A program made the position numbers and the translations under genes. The notes under the pieces are model-generated. The model worked only from the letters and a program-made list of their open reading frames with translations. It was not told where the DNA came from and ran no database searches. Of a DNA stretch of 64,000 nucleotides, positions 11,387 through 23,610 are shown in pieces. The stretch lies in assembly GCA_963845515.1 (NCBI GenBank), contig CAWJSR010000045.1, forward strand, positions 96,001-160,000, given 5' to 3'. The number at the start of each line of letters is the position of its first letter. Position 1 is the first letter of the stretch. Source of the stretch: an uncultured delta proteobacterium. Its GTDB lineage: Bacteria; Myxococcota; Myxococcia; Myxococcales; Anaeromyxobacteraceae.

Positions 11387-11779
11387 TCAGCGACCCTTGC
11401 CCTGGTGCTTGCCGCCTCCACCGCCACCCTTGCCCGGCTTCATGGCCTTCCCGGGCTTCCCGCCGCCGCCGTGCCCCTTCCAGTGCTTGTACTGGCCTGG
11501 GGGGAGGCGGGTGAGCCCGGGGGGGACGTGGCGGGGCATGAGGACCCAGCCAGCCCGCGGGCTGGAGGACCGGTACCAGCCGCCGTCGTGGCGGGTCCAG
11601 TAGAAGCCGTCGACGTGGAAGACCTCGTAGGGGAGGTCTGGAACCACCTGGATTCCCGGCTGAATGACGATCAGCGGGGGGAGGATCACCGGCAGATCCA
11701 GCGTGAACGAGGCCGAAGCCTGAATCTGCGCCGACGCGAGGGCCGGGGCGAGGACTGCGAGCAAGATCAGTCTTTTCAT
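11387..11779 (-). CDS. Secreted small Trp/Pro/Gly-rich protein
   Basis: Signal peptide, YW..DGGWY motif, PPGQYK and Gly/Lys-rich tail. Confidence 0.7.
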   Translation of the reverse strand: MKRLILLAVLAPALASAQIQASASFTLDLPVILPPLIVIQPGIQVVPDLPYEVFHVDGFYWTRHDGGWYRSSSPRAGWVLMPRHVPPGLTRLPPGQYKHWKGHGGGGKPGKAMKPGKGGGGGGKHQGKGR

Positions 11780-11852
11780 GGGCTGTACCTTAACACCCGG
11801 ACATCGGGTGGCATCCTTAACACCCCAACCCGGGATCCATCTTTGGGATTCC

Positions 11853-11882
11853 TTGACAGTTCAGGGGGGGCGATCGTATAGA
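11853..11882 (+). promoter_or_regulatory. Putative sigma70 promoter of rplU-rpmA
   Basis: TTGACA at 11853, then TATAGA after an 18 nt spacer, in AT-enriched intergenic DNA. Confidence 0.5.
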
Positions 11883-11981
11883 ACCGCCCCTCCGGAGGAC
11901 CCGCCGGGCGCGCCCGTATTTCGCCAGCAGCACCGGGCAGCGTCGGCAAGAACCTCCCAAGAGATTATCGAGGAGCGTGCG

Positions 11982-12287
11982 ATGTACGCGGTGATTCGGA
12001 CCGGCGGAAAGCAGTACCGCGTGGCTCAGGGCGATCGGCTCAAGGTCGAGAAGCTCGAGGGCGACGTCGGCGGCAAGGTGGACTTCGACGTGCTGATGCT
12101 CGGCGGTGAAGGTCCCGCCAGGATCGGCGCGCCCGTGGTCGGCGGCGCGGCGGTCGAGGGCGAGATCGTCGCCCAGGGCCGTCACAAGAAGGTCATCCAC
12201 TTCCGCAAGAAGAAGGAAGGCTGGACCAAGAAGCGCGGTCACCGCCAGCCTTATACCGAGGTCCTGATCAAGACGGTGCGCGCCTAG
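11982..12287 (+). CDS. rplU: 50S ribosomal protein L21
   Basis: [14 protein letters not shown]...GHRQPYT; AGGAG RBS. Confidence 0.98.
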   Translation: MYAVIRTGGKQYRVAQGDRLKVEKLEGDVGGKVDFDVLMLGGEGPARIGAPVVGGAAVEGEIVAQGRHKKVIHFRKKKEGWTKKRGHRQPYTEVLIKTVRA

Positions 12288-12327
12288 CGGCGCGACCGGC
12301 GCGACCCGGCAACAGGAAGGATCGAAC

Positions 12328-12585
12328 ATGGCTCACAAAAAAGGACAGGGCTCTTCCCGCAACGGCCGCGACTCGGCTGGCCAGCACCGCGGCGTGAAGA
12401 TCTACGGCTCCGAGAAGGTCGTGGCGGGCAACATCATCGTCCGGCAGATCGGGACCCTCTTCCACCCCGGGCAGAACGTCGGGCTGGGGAAGGATCACAC
12501 CCTCTTCGCCAAGATCGACGGCACCGTGAAGTACTCGCGGCACCGCGGCGATCGGCGCGTCGTCTCGGTCCTCCCCGAGGCCTAG
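12328..12585 (+). CDS. rpmA: 50S ribosomal protein L27
   Basis: [16 protein letters not shown]. Confidence 0.98.
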   Translation: MAHKKGQGSSRNGRDSAGQHRGVKIYGSEKVVAGNIIVRQIGTLFHPGQNVGLGKDHTLFAKIDGTVKYSRHRGDRRVVSVLPEA

Positions 12586-12607
12586 CTTTCGGCGCAAAGC
12601 CGATCTG

Positions 12608-12647
12608 AGCGCCGCGGCCCCCCAGGGCTCGCGGCGCTTGTCATTTA
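12608..12647 (+). terminator. Hairpin/possible intrinsic terminator after rpmA
   Basis: AGCGCCGCG...CGCGGCGCT stem followed by TGTCATTT. Confidence 0.45.
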
Positions 12648-12675
12648 GAGCGCGAAGCGCAGCACCCGAGGCGCG

Positions 12676-13743
12676 ATGAAATTCGTCGACGAAGTCCGCA
12701 TCTACGTGAAGGCCGGCGACGGCGGCAACGGCGCCGTGGCGTGGCGGCGCGAGAAGTTCATCCCGCGCGGCGGGCCGGCGGGCGGCGACGGCGGCAACGG
12801 CGGCGACGTGGTGCTGATCGTGGACCCGCAGCTCCTGACGCTGCTCGACTTCCGCTTCGTCCACGATCACAAGGCGAAGAGCGGCGAGCACGGCCGCGGC
12901 AGCGACATGAACGGCCAGAACGGGCCGGACCTGGAGCTGCGCGTCCCGCCGGGGACCGTCGTGAAGGACGCCGTGACCGGCGCGCAGGTCGTGGACCTCT
13001 CCGAGCCGGGCCAGCGCGTCGTGATCGCGAAGGGCGGGCGGGGCGGCCTCGGCAACATGAACTTCGCGACGTCGACCAACCAGGCGCCGCGGTACGCCGA
13101 GGACGGGACGCCGGGGGAGGAGCGCAACCTCCAGCTGGAGCTGAAGCTGCTCGCGGACGTCGGGATCGTCGGCTACCCGAACGCCGGCAAGTCGACGCTC
13201 ATCTCGCGCATCAGCCGCGCGCGCCCCAAGATCGCCGACTACCCCTTCACCACCCTCGCGCCGAACCTGGGCGTCGTCGGGTGGCGCGACGGCCGGAGCT
13301 TCGTCGTCGCAGACATCCCGGGGCTCATCGACGGCGCGCACACCGGCGCCGGGCTCGGCCACCAGTTCCTGCGCCACGTCGAGCGCTGCCGCGTGCTGAT
13401 CCACCTCGTGGAGGGGGCGAACCCCGAGCCGGGGCGCTCCCCCGCCGCCGACTTCAAGGCGATCAACGAGGAGCTGGCCCTCTACTCGCCCGAGCTGGCG
13501 AAGAAGCCGCAGATCGTCGCGGTGACGAAGGTCGACGTCACGGAGGCGCGCGAGGCCGGCGAGAAGTTCGCGAAGACCCTCGCGAAGCGGAAGAAGCCGG
13601 TGAAGATCCACCTGATCTCCTCGGCGACCGGCGAGGGGCTGGATCCGCTCCTCGACGCGGTGGGGAAGGCGCTCTTCTCGAAGGGCGGCCCCGACCGCGA
13701 GGGGCACGGACGGCGGCTCGGCAAGCCCAGGCACGTGAAGTGA
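12676..13743 (+). CDS. obgE: GTPase ObgE/CgtA
   Basis: FVDEV..GDGGNG..RREKFIPRGGP; GYPNAGKST; DYPFTT; DIPGLI. Confidence 0.98.
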   Translation: MKFVDEVRIYVKAGDGGNGAVAWRREKFIPRGGPAGGDGGNGGDVVLIVDPQLLTLLDFRFVHDHKAKSGEHGRGSDMNGQNGPDLELRVPPGTVVKDAVTGAQVVDLSEPGQRVVIAKGGRGGLGNMNFATSTNQAPRYAEDGTPGEERNLQLELKLLADVGIVGYPNAGKSTLISRISRARPKIADYPFTTLAPNLGVVGWRDGRSFVVADIPGLIDGAHTGAGLGHQFLRHVERCRVLIHLVEGANPEPGRSPAADFKAINEELALYSPELAKKPQIVAVTKVDVTEAREAGEKFAKTLAKRKKPVKIHLISSATGEGLDPLLDAVGKALFSKGGPDREGHGRRLGKPRHVK

Positions 13744-14426
13744 CCTCGTCGCTCGGCGATCCGGACTTCCTGCTCCCCGAGCGGAAGGCGCGCATCGACG
13801 AGGTCGTCGCCAACCGCACCCGCACCCTGACCGTGGTCATGGAGTCGCTCTGCGATCCGCAGAACGTCAACGCCGTGATCCGCACCTGCGAGGCCTTCGG
13901 GATCCAGGCGCTGCACGCGATCGAGGGGCCGATGAAGCGGTACGACCCCAACAAGAAGATCAGCCAGAACGCCGACAAGTGGCTCGACGTGAGGCGCTGG
14001 TCCTCGACGGGCGAGTGCCTCGGGTTCCTGAAGTCGGAGGGGTTCCGGATCTACGCCACGCACCTCGGGCAGGACTCGGTCGGGCTCGCCGACCTCTCCT
14101 TCGCCCCGAAGGTCGCGCTCGTCTTCGGGAACGAGCACCGCGGCGTGTCGGACGAGGCGGCGGCGCTCGCCGACGCGAACTTCACCATCCCGATGCTCGG
14201 CTTCGTCCAGTCCTTCAACGTGTCGGTCGCGGCCGCCATCACGCTCGCCCGCGCGGTGGACCGCCGCGTCGAAGAGCGCGGCCGCCACGGCGACCTGCCC
14301 GAGGCCGAGGCCCAGGCGCTGCGCGAGCGGTTCTACCTGCTCGCCGTGAAGCAGCGCAGCCGGATCGCCAAGGCCGAGCGCGCCGACGCGCGCCGGGAGC
14401 GGCACGCGAAGCAGGGCGGGGAGTAG
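13740..14426 (+). CDS. TrmH/SpoU-family tRNA 2'-O-methyltransferase
   Basis: DPQNVNAVIRTCEAFG, LVFGNEHRGVS, IPMLGFVQSFNVSVAAA. Confidence 0.9.
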   Translation: MTSSLGDPDFLLPERKARIDEVVANRTRTLTVVMESLCDPQNVNAVIRTCEAFGIQALHAIEGPMKRYDPNKKISQNADKWLDVRRWSSTGECLGFLKSEGFRIYATHLGQDSVGLADLSFAPKVALVFGNEHRGVSDEAAALADANFTIPMLGFVQSFNVSVAAAITLARAVDRRVEERGRHGDLPEAEAQALRERFYLLAVKQRSRIAKAERADARRERHAKQGGE

Positions 14427-14510
14427 CGTTTCCTTCAGCGCGGTGCAGGGTGCAGCCGATCGCGTCCGAGGTGGGCGCGGCGCTCGATGGTACGCACCGA
14501 GTCCGTGAAC

Positions 14511-14551
14511 GCCCCCTCACCAGCCTCTCCCCCGCGGGGGCGGGGGAGAGG
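14511..14551. repeat. CCTCTCCC..GGGAGAGG palindromic repeat copy
   Basis: CCCCCTCACCAG-CCTCTCCCCCGC-GGGG-GCGGGGGAGAGG hairpin; same family as copies at 28710 and 31254. Confidence 0.75.
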
Positions 14552-14649
14552 TGTATTTCCATGGTGCCGGACGACGAGCATGACCGCGCCCCAAGTGTAG
14601 CCGAGGGTCGAGGCGACGGTGAGCGCGGTGGTGCGGGTAGCGGGAGTGG

Positions 14650-14886
14650 TCACGGGGATGTACCCATGGCAGCCATCACCGCCCAGGCGAAGACCGCCAG
14701 CCCGATTCCGCCCAGGACGCCGGCAGCGACGAGCACCAGCCGCGCCAGGCGCACGATCCGGTCGGTCGGGGGCAGCTTCAGCCGGAACAGGATCACGAAC
14801 CCGGCGACCGTCGCTGCGAGGACGGCGAGTCCGAAGAGCGCCGTCCCCGCGATCGCCGCGAAGCCGCCCGCGCCGTCGCTCATCAC
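14650..14886 (-). CDS. Small two-TM membrane protein
   Basis: Overlaps the upstream RluA-family gene's stop; two hydrophobic helices. Confidence 0.55.
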   Translation of the reverse strand: MMSDGAGGFAAIAGTALFGLAVLAATVAGFVILFRLKLPPTDRIVRLARLVLVAAGVLGGIGLAVFAWAVMAAMGTSP

Positions 14887-15836
14887 TTGCACCCCTCCCA
14901 GAGCCCCGCGAGGTCGGGCGGCAGCGGCGCCTCCAGCGAGACCGGCTCGCCGGTCGCCGGGTGCGGGATCGTCAGCCTCGAGGCATGGAGCGCCTGCCTC
15001 GGAAGCCGCAGCGCCGCGTGGTCGTCTGGCGTCAGCGCCTTCTTCGTGAACCGGTCGAAGATCAGCTCGTCCGGTCCGTAGATCTTGTCGCCCACGACCG
15101 GAGTCCCGGCGTGGAGGAGGTGCGCGCGGATCTGGTGCTGGCGGCCGGTCCTCGGCTCGCACGCGACGAGCGCTATGCGCGCGCCGTCTGGCGCCGTCCG
15201 ACGCTCTAGCACCTCGAACCCGGTCCGGGACTGCTGCCCGTCCGGGTGGACGTGCATCCGCACCCGCACGGCGCTCTGGAGGGTCAGGGCGAGCGGGGCG
15301 TCCACCTCGAAGCGATCCTCGGCGGGCCAGCCGCTGGTGAGCGCGAGGTAGCTCTTGTGCACCCGCCCGTCGGCGAAGGAGCGCTTGAGCGCCTTGGTCC
15401 ACTCCGGGGCGGTGCCGCACGCGAGCAGCCCCGAGGTCTCGCGGTCGAGCCGGTGCGCGGGATCGATCTTCCTGTCCGGATAGCGGGCCCTCGCCACCGA
15501 CGTGAAGGTGTGGGCGAAGTAGCGGGCCGTCGGGTGGATGGGGAGGCCGGCCGGCTTGTCCACCACCAGGAGCATCCCATCGTCGTGGATGACGCCGAAG
15601 TCGAGCGGGGTGTCGGGCTCAGGCTCGACGTCCTTCAGGAGCGCGAAGGCGAAGCCCGGGACCACCAGGGAGTCGGGCGCGACCAGGGAGCCGTCCTCCG
15701 TCTCGAGCCGCTCGGCGATCAGCCCGGGGATCTTCTCGGCGGCGAGCCGGCGGAGCTTCTGCTGGAGGTAGGCGTCGAGCCTCCAGCCTGAGTAGTTGCG
15801 TTCGACGACGAACCGGATGCGGACTACCTGCGACAT
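14883..15836 (-). CDS. RluA-family RNA pseudouridine synthase
   Basis: VVDKPAGL, HRLDRETSG, TGRQHQIRAHL, RQALHA. Confidence 0.93.
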   Translation of the reverse strand: MSQVVRIRFVVERNYSGWRLDAYLQQKLRRLAAEKIPGLIAERLETEDGSLVAPDSLVVPGFAFALLKDVEPEPDTPLDFGVIHDDGMLLVVDKPAGLPIHPTARYFAHTFTSVARARYPDRKIDPAHRLDRETSGLLACGTAPEWTKALKRSFADGRVHKSYLALTSGWPAEDRFEVDAPLALTLQSAVRVRMHVHPDGQQSRTGFEVLERRTAPDGARIALVACEPRTGRQHQIRAHLLHAGTPVVGDKIYGPDELIFDRFTKKALTPDDHAALRLPRQALHASRLTIPHPATGEPVSLEAPLPPDLAGLWEGCK

Positions 15837-15919
15837 TCAGTGTCCACGCGGCCTGGGTCGGTACATCTGCGGAAGATATCACTTGAACGGCCCGCCTCCG
15901 TTGCTACCATCCACGCTCC

Positions 15920-16831
15920 TTGCACCCCCTACTCTCAGTCGCCGCCGCGCTCGTGTTCGTAGCAGGGCCCTCGCCCGCCGCGCCGCCCGACATGGGCGCG
16001 CCAAATGGGGAGCAAGCAACCGTTCCGGCCTCCGCCACCGCGCCTGCCCCCGCGGCGCCTGCGACGCCGGCGGCGGAGCCCGCCGCCGCGCCGCCATCCG
16101 CCGCCGCGGAGGTGAAGGCGCCGCCCCCCGCGCCACCGGCGCTCGCAATCGTGCAGCTCGACGCCCCGACCGATCTCGCGCTGCTGGGCAGGAGCCTGTC
16201 CGAGGCGGTCGCCCAGGAGGCTGCGAAGCTCCCCGGCCTCATGGTGCTCGCGCCGTCCGCGGTCCTGGGCAGGCTCGGGGCCGACGCGGCTCGGCAGGCC
16301 TCCCACTGCGGTGAGGCCGCCGCCTGCCTCATGTCGGCCGCGAGGCAGCTCGGCGCGGAGCGCATCGTCGGCGGCTGGATCGACCGCGTAGGTGCCAACT
16401 ACAAGTTCGGCCTCGTGCTCGTCGACGTGAAGACCGGGACCGCGCTGGCCCGCGTCGCCCGCGAGGTGCCCATCGCCTCCCGCCGCATCCGCGCCGACGT
16501 CATCGCCGCGGCGGGTCCGCTCCTGAGAGGCGAGGCCGCCGGGACGGGGGTCCTTGCGCTCCAGACCGAGCTCCCCGGGGCAGAGGTCCGGATCGACGAC
16601 AAGGCCGCGGGGACGACGCCGCTCGAGGCGCGGCTGCAGGCCGGGAAGCACAAGGTCGAGGTCTCACAGCGGGGCAAGGTCCGCGTCGAGCCCTTCTGGG
16701 TCGACGTGCCGGCCAGCGGCCGCGCCGAGCAGCGCGTCCGGCTCTACGACATCCCCGTCGCCGAGAGGCGGCCCGGCGAGGTCGAGACGACCACCTTCGA
16801 GATGGGCAAGGCGAAGAAGCGCAAGAAGTAG
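15920..16831 (+). CDS. Secreted PEGA-domain protein
   Basis: Signal-like N-terminus, Ala/Pro linker, PGAEVRIDDKAAGTTPL...GKHKVEV PEGA motif. Confidence 0.75.
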   Translation: MHPLLSVAAALVFVAGPSPAAPPDMGAPNGEQATVPASATAPAPAAPATPAAEPAAAPPSAAAEVKAPPPAPPALAIVQLDAPTDLALLGRSLSEAVAQEAAKLPGLMVLAPSAVLGRLGADAARQASHCGEAAACLMSAARQLGAERIVGGWIDRVGANYKFGLVLVDVKTGTALARVAREVPIASRRIRADVIAAAGPLLRGEAAGTGVLALQTELPGAEVRIDDKAAGTTPLEARLQAGKHKVEVSQRGKVRVEPFWVDVPASGRAEQRVRLYDIPVAERRPGEVETTTFEMGKAKKRKK

Positions 16832-16955
16832 GCGGCCTTCCGGGGCGCGCGCCAGGTGTGCCGCTCGCCCGACGAGCTCTCTCCAGCCGGGGGAGAGCGG
16901 ATGCTGCCAGCCGGGTTGACGGCAGGGATCGCGCAGCGTACTTAGTGGTCCCGGC

Positions 16956-17684
16956 TTGATACGCGTCGCTGTCATCATTCCGGCCCGGTTCGGAGCCACC
17001 CGGTTCCCCGGGAAACCACTCGCTGATCTCGGCGGTAGGCCCCTCATCGCGCACGTGGTCGAGCGCGCGAAGCTGGCGCGCGGCGTCTCGATCGTCGCGG
17101 TGGCGACCGACGACGAACGGATCGCGGCGGCGGCCAGGCAGGCAGGTGCCGAGGCGATCCTCACGGGCGACGCGGCGACCGGGACTGATCGGGTGGCGAT
17201 GGCGGCGAGGCGGCTCTCGCAGCCACCGGACCTCGTGGTGAACCTGCAGGGCGACGAGCCGTTGATCGAGCCCGGCGCGATAGAGACGCTGGTGTCCGCG
17301 ATGGAGTCCAGCGGCGCCGAGATGGGGACGCTCGCCCGTCCACTGGAGGAGGGCGAGCTGGAGAGGACGCAGGTGGTGAAGGTGGTGACCGACCTCCAGG
17401 GGAACGCGCTCTACTTCTCGCGCGCCCCCATCCCGCACCGCCGGGCTGGAGGGACGAGCCGGATGGCTCGCGCCCACGTCGGGATCTACGCCTTCACCGC
17501 CGCCTGTCTGCAGCGGTTCGCGGCGCTGTCCGCGACGCCGCTCGAGCAGGAGGAGTCGCTCGAGCAGCTGCGCGCGCTCGAGCATGGAGTTCGGATCCGG
17601 GTGGCCGACACGGCGTACCGCGGCTTTGGAATCGACACTCCCGAGGACCTCGCGCGCGCGCGGGCTCTCCTCGGGACGGCATGA
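16956..17684 (+). CDS. kdsB: CMP-Kdo synthetase
   Basis: IIPARFGATRFPGKPL, VNLQGDEP, LYFSRAPIP, LEQLRALE. Confidence 0.96.
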   Translation: MIRVAVIIPARFGATRFPGKPLADLGGRPLIAHVVERAKLARGVSIVAVATDDERIAAAARQAGAEAILTGDAATGTDRVAMAARRLSQPPDLVVNLQGDEPLIEPGAIETLVSAMESSGAEMGTLARPLEEGELERTQVVKVVTDLQGNALYFSRAPIPHRRAGGTSRMARAHVGIYAFTAACLQRFAALSATPLEQEESLEQLRALEHGVRIRVADTAYRGFGIDTPEDLARARALLGTA

Positions 17685-19373
<1,689 letters not shown>

Positions 19374-19382
19374 GAGACTGCC

Positions 19383-20210
19383 TTGTCCAGAGTCCTTTCC
19401 CGCATCGGCGGCTACGAGGTCGGCGACGGCCGGCCCCTCCTGCTCATCGCCGGGCCGTGCGTCATGGAGGACACCGCCCATGCCCTCGCCCATGCACGCA
19501 GGGTGAAGGCGCTGGCGGCGAAGCACGGCCTGCCGGTCATCTTCAAGGCCAGCTTCGACAAGGCGAACCGCTCCTCCGGGAAGAGCTTCCGCGGGCCGGG
19601 GCTCGAGAAGGGGCTCGCCGCGTTCGAGGAGGTGAAGCGCGAGACCGGGCTCCCCTGCCTCACCGACGTCCACGAGACGTCGCAGGCCGAGCCGGTGGGG
19701 AGGGTGGTCGACGTCCTCCAGGTCCCCGCGTTCCTCTGCCGCCAGACCGATCTCGTGCTCGCCTGCGCGCGCCACGGGAAGGCGGTCAACGTGAAGAAGG
19801 GGCAGTTCCTGGCCCCGAAGGAGATGCGCCACGCCATCGCGAAGTGCCGCGAGGCCGGGAACGAGCAGATCATGCTCACCGAGCGCGGCAGCAGCTTCGG
19901 CTACGGGAACCTGGTCGTGGACATGCGCGGGCTCGTGCAGATGCGCGAGCTGGGCGTGCCGGTCTGCATGGACGCCACCCACTCGGTCCAGATGCCCGGG
20001 TCGGGCGGTGACACGACCGGCGGCGACCGGCAGTTCGTGGCGCCGCTGGCCCGCGCCGCGGCGGCCGTCGGGATCGACGCGCTCTTCCTGGAGATCCACG
20101 AGGACCCCTCGGTCGCGAAGAGCGACGGTCCCAACTCGCTCGACTTCGCGCTGGCCGACGCGGTCATCGCGGAGGTCCTGGCGATCAGGCGGGCGCTGGG
20201 GCAGCCGTGA
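19383..20210 (+). CDS. kdsA: Kdo-8-phosphate synthase
   Basis: [35 protein letters not shown]. Confidence 0.97.
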   Translation: MSRVLSRIGGYEVGDGRPLLLIAGPCVMEDTAHALAHARRVKALAAKHGLPVIFKASFDKANRSSGKSFRGPGLEKGLAAFEEVKRETGLPCLTDVHETSQAEPVGRVVDVLQVPAFLCRQTDLVLACARHGKAVNVKKGQFLAPKEMRHAIAKCREAGNEQIMLTERGSSFGYGNLVVDMRGLVQMRELGVPVCMDATHSVQMPGSGGDTTGGDRQFVAPLARAAAAVGIDALFLEIHEDPSVAKSDGPNSLDFALADAVIAEVLAIRRALGQP

Positions 20211-20809
20211 GCCCCGCGAAGCGAAGGCCCCGTCACCGCACCGCAGCGCCCTTCGGCGCGCCCCCTCGCAGGGCCGGGGCCAGGGAGCAGAGCTCGCGCT
20301 GCAGGATCTCGCCGCAGCTCCTCCTCGCCCGGGCCGCGAAGGTGAAGCTGCTCGCGCTCGACGTCGACGGCGTCCTGACCGACTGCCGGATCTGGTACGG
20401 ACCGGATGGCGAGGCGCTCAAGGCCTTCCACGTCCGCGACGGCTTCGGCCTCGTCCTGCTGCGCAAGCACGTCGACCTCGCCATCATCTCGGGGCGTCCG
20501 GGCAAGGCCACGCAGGCGCGGGTCGAGGAGCTGGGCTTCAAGCACGTCGTCTTCGGGGAGGCCGACAAGCTCGCCGGCTACGCGAAGCTCGCCCACCTAG
20601 GCTTCGCCGACGACGAGGTCGCCTACATGGGCGACGACGTCAACGACATCCCCCTGCTGCAGAAGGTCGGCCTCTCCGCCTGCCCGGCGGACGCCCACCC
20701 CGAGGCGCGGAGCCGCGTCCACTTCGTGGCGGAGAACGCCGGCGGCTTCGGCGCGGTCCGGGAGCTCTGCGAGCTGATCCTGGCCGCGAAGGGCATCAGG
20801 ACGTCCTAG
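20207..20809 (+). CDS. kdsC: Kdo-8-phosphate phosphatase (HAD)
   Basis: [31 protein letters not shown]. Confidence 0.92.
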   Translation: MSPAKRRPRHRTAAPFGAPPRRAGAREQSSRCRISPQLLLARAAKVKLLALDVDGVLTDCRIWYGPDGEALKAFHVRDGFGLVLLRKHVDLAIISGRPGKATQARVEELGFKHVVFGEADKLAGYAKLAHLGFADDEVAYMGDDVNDIPLLQKVGLSACPADAHPEARSRVHFVAENAGGFGAVRELCELILAAKGIRTS

Positions 20810-21729
20810 TGGCTCCCCCCCTCCGAAAGCGCATCAAGCGCGGCGTCCGGTCCGTCGTCGTGGTCGCAGCCATCCGGGCCCTCTCCTACCTCCCGCGCCG
20901 GCTCGCCTGGCGCCTCGGCACGCTCCTCGGTCGGCTGGCCTGGCCGCTCGCCGCGAAGACCCGCCGGCTCGCGCTGAAGGGGCTCGCGACCGCCTTCCCG
21001 GAGAAGACCGACGCGGAGCGCGAGGCGATCGCCCGCGCCATGTTCGTCAACCTGGCCCACTCCGCGATGGAGGTCGTCACCATCCGGAGCTACGACCACG
21101 ACCTCGAGTCGTACGTCGAGCTGAAGAACCCGGAGCTCCTGGACGAGCTGATGGCCCGGGGGAAGGGGCTGATCTACGTCCCCGGCCACCTCGGGAACTG
21201 GGAGCTTCACGCCCGGCGCGTCGCGTCCACGGGGCTGGACAACGCCACGGTCGGGAAGGCGAGCCACGATCCACGGCTGAACCGGCTGATCGAGGAGTTC
21301 CGTGCGTCGGGCGGCGTGAAGACGCTCTGGAGGGAGTCTCCGGACTCCGGCCGCGTCATCATCAAGACCCTGCGCAGCGGGAAGGCGCTCGGCATCCTGA
21401 TCGATCAGGACACCGCCGTGCAGAACGTCTTCGTCCCGTTCTTCGGACGGCTCGCCGCCACCCCGCGCGCCGCCGCCGACCTGGCGATCCGTTTCGGGAC
21501 CGCCGTGGTGGTGGCGACGATCCACCGAAAGGGAGAGGGGCCTGACGCCGGCCACCTCCTGGAGTTCACGGAGGTCGGGTACGACCCCGAGCCCCCCGAT
21601 CGGGAGGCAGAGGTCGTCCGGCTGACGGCAGCGTGCAGCAAGGTCCTGGAGGATTCGATCCGGCGCTACCCCGCCGAATGGGTCTGGATGCACGAACGCT
21701 GGAAGACGCCTCCGCCCGCCCGCCCCTAG
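20809..21729 (+). CDS. Lipid A late acyltransferase (LpxL/HtrB family)
   Basis: GHLGNWE, GILIDQD, VPFFGR, YPAEWVWMHERWK. Confidence 0.9.
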   Translation: MAPPLRKRIKRGVRSVVVVAAIRALSYLPRRLAWRLGTLLGRLAWPLAAKTRRLALKGLATAFPEKTDAEREAIARAMFVNLAHSAMEVVTIRSYDHDLESYVELKNPELLDELMARGKGLIYVPGHLGNWELHARRVASTGLDNATVGKASHDPRLNRLIEEFRASGGVKTLWRESPDSGRVIIKTLRSGKALGILIDQDTAVQNVFVPFFGRLAATPRAAADLAIRFGTAVVVATIHRKGEGPDAGHLLEFTEVGYDPEPPDREAEVVRLTAACSKVLEDSIRRYPAEWVWMHERWKTPPPARP

Positions 21730-21784
21730 CAAGTTGGGGGCCCGGCGATTCGGGCCATTACAAAACCCCTCTGGACCGTGGTAC

Positions 21785-21800
21785 AGCAAAGGTCGTGCCT
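21785..21800 (-). promoter_or_regulatory. sigma54 -24/-12 site on the minus strand
   Basis: Minus strand reads AGGCACG-ACCT-TTGCT, with GG-N10-GC spacing. Confidence 0.55.
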
Positions 21801-21826
21801 AGCACGTTGGCACGATAAAGAGCGCC

Positions 21827-22373
21827 ATGGTTCTGAGGAGTTCCATTCACATTTCGGGATGGATTCTAGCGGTTTGGGCCGCAGCCCTCACGGGTTGTTC
21901 GCAGCCCAGGACCGCCGAGGACCGCAGTGCCGTGCCCGAGCTTCGGCTCGAAGGGGTGCGGTTCCGGCTCTTCCGGGGCGACGCTGCTTCGTGCTGAGGG
22001 CACCGCCTCCGCAGTGACCTACCTGCGCGAGACCACCGCGCTGAGCGCGGCCGACCTCGCCCTTCGCCTGCACGAGCGGCAGGACGTCGTCCTGCTCACC
22101 TCGCCCGCGGCTGACGGCGTGGTCTCGACGCGTACCTTCCAGGCGGGAGGCGGGCTGCGCGCGGTACGCGGCACGGACACCGCCGTGACCGATTCGGCTC
22201 GCTTCGATCCCGCCGCGGGGAAGGATGGTCAGGTGGTCGGCGACCTTCCCGTGGAGCTCGCCGGGCGCGGCTACCGGCTTCGCGGCAACGGCTTCACGCT
22301 CGACCCGGCCGTGGGGCAGATCGCGCTGCGCGGCGGCACGCGGCTCGTCGCCGGGCTCCAGGGGGCGCGGTGA
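21827..22373 (+). CDS. lptC: LptC-like LPS export protein (one frameshift near 21985)
   Basis: [26 protein letters not shown] continues in another frame as LRAEGTA...; lies directly upstream of lptA/lptB. Confidence 0.6.
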
Positions 22374-22858
22374 GCCTCGTGGTCGCCAGCCTCCTGCTCG
22401 CGCTCGGCGCGGAGCCGGCCGCCGTCAGGCGTCCCCCCGTCCGCATAGACGCGGAGGAGGTCCGGTACAGCTACAAGGAGCGGACCGTCACGTTCGTGGG
22501 CAAGCCCACCGTCAAGCTCACGCGCGAGGACGCGACCCTCCTCTGCAGCCAGGTGGTCGGCGAGAACGACGCAGACGGGAAGATCGTCCGCGCCACCTGC
22601 ACCGGCGACGTGAAGCTCGTGCGTGGGACGCGGATCGTGACCTGCGGGTCGGCGGTCTTCGTCGAGGCCTCGGCCCTCGTCACCTGCCGCGGTGCCTCGG
22701 GGCGGCCGGTGCTGCTGACCGACGGCCCGTCCACGGTGGCCGGCCAGGAGCTGGTCTACGACCTCGACCGGGACCTCGTGACCCTCCGAGGCCAGGTGGT
22801 CGGCGACATCGTCCCGCAGGGGAACCTCCAGCCGCGCCGCAGGGAGGGGAAGCGATGA
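22370..22858 (+). CDS. lptA: LptA/OstA-family periplasmic protein
   Basis: Signal peptide, PVRIDA, beta-jellyroll-like repeats, adjacent to lptB. Confidence 0.75.
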   Translation: MSLVVASLLLALGAEPAAVRRPPVRIDAEEVRYSYKERTVTFVGKPTVKLTREDATLLCSQVVGENDADGKIVRATCTGDVKLVRGTRIVTCGSAVFVEASALVTCRGASGRPVLLTDGPSTVAGQELVYDLDRDLVTLRGQVVGDIVPQGNLQPRRREGKR

Positions 22859-23595
22859 GCGGCCCACTGCTCCAGGCCCGCGGGCTCGAGAAGAGCTACC
22901 GCCGCCGCAAGGTGGTCCAGGGGGTCTCGTTCGAGGTGGCCCCGGGCGAGGTGGTCGGGCTCCTCGGGCCCAACGGCGCCGGCAAGACGACCAGCTTCAA
23001 CATGGTGGTCGGGCTCGTGCAGCCCGAGGCCGGGAAGGTCCTCCTCGGCGACCTGGATCTCACGCGCCTTCCCATGCACCGGCGGGCGCGGCTCGGGGTC
23101 GGGTACCTCCCGCAGGAGGCCTCGATCTTCCGGAAGCTCACCGTCCGGCAGAACTTCACCGGCGTGCTCGAGGCGCTCGGCGTCGCGAAGAAGGAGCGGG
23201 AGGCGCGCGCGGACGCCCTCCTGGCCGAGTACCGGCTCGAGAAGGTGGCCGACAGCCTCGGCGAGACCCTCTCCGGCGGCGAGCGGCGGCGTGCCGAGGT
23301 GGCGCGGAGCCTCCTCTCGAACCCGCGCTTCATCCTCTTCGACGAGCCCTTCGCCGGCGTCGACCCGATCGCCGTCGGAGAGCTGCAGCGGCTCATCGGG
23401 GGGCTCCGCGATCGCGGGATCGGCGTCCTCATCACAGACCACAACGTGCGGGAGGCGCTCGGCATCTGTGGCCGGGCCTACATCCTCTCGGCGGGATCGA
23501 TCCTCGAGGCCGGGACACCGGCCGAGATCGCGTCGAGCGCGAAGGCGCGTGCGGTCTACCTCGGCGACAAGTTCCGCCTCGAAGACGCGAGCTAG
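22855..23595 (+). CDS. lptB: LPS export ABC ATPase
   Basis: [49 protein letters not shown]. Confidence 0.96.
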   Translation: MSGPLLQARGLEKSYRRRKVVQGVSFEVAPGEVVGLLGPNGAGKTTSFNMVVGLVQPEAGKVLLGDLDLTRLPMHRRARLGVGYLPQEASIFRKLTVRQNFTGVLEALGVAKKEREARADALLAEYRLEKVADSLGETLSGGERRRAEVARSLLSNPRFILFDEPFAGVDPIAVGELQRLIGGLRDRGIGVLITDHNVREALGICGRAYILSAGSILEAGTPAEIASSAKARAVYLGDKFRLEDAS

Positions 23596-23610
23596 CGGAG
23601 AAGGACAGGA

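Noticed and set aside
21807..21823. Plus-strand sigma54 promoter for lptC (TTGGCACGATAAAGAGC)
   Set aside because: GG-to-GC spacing is 11 rather than 10, and there is no TTGC
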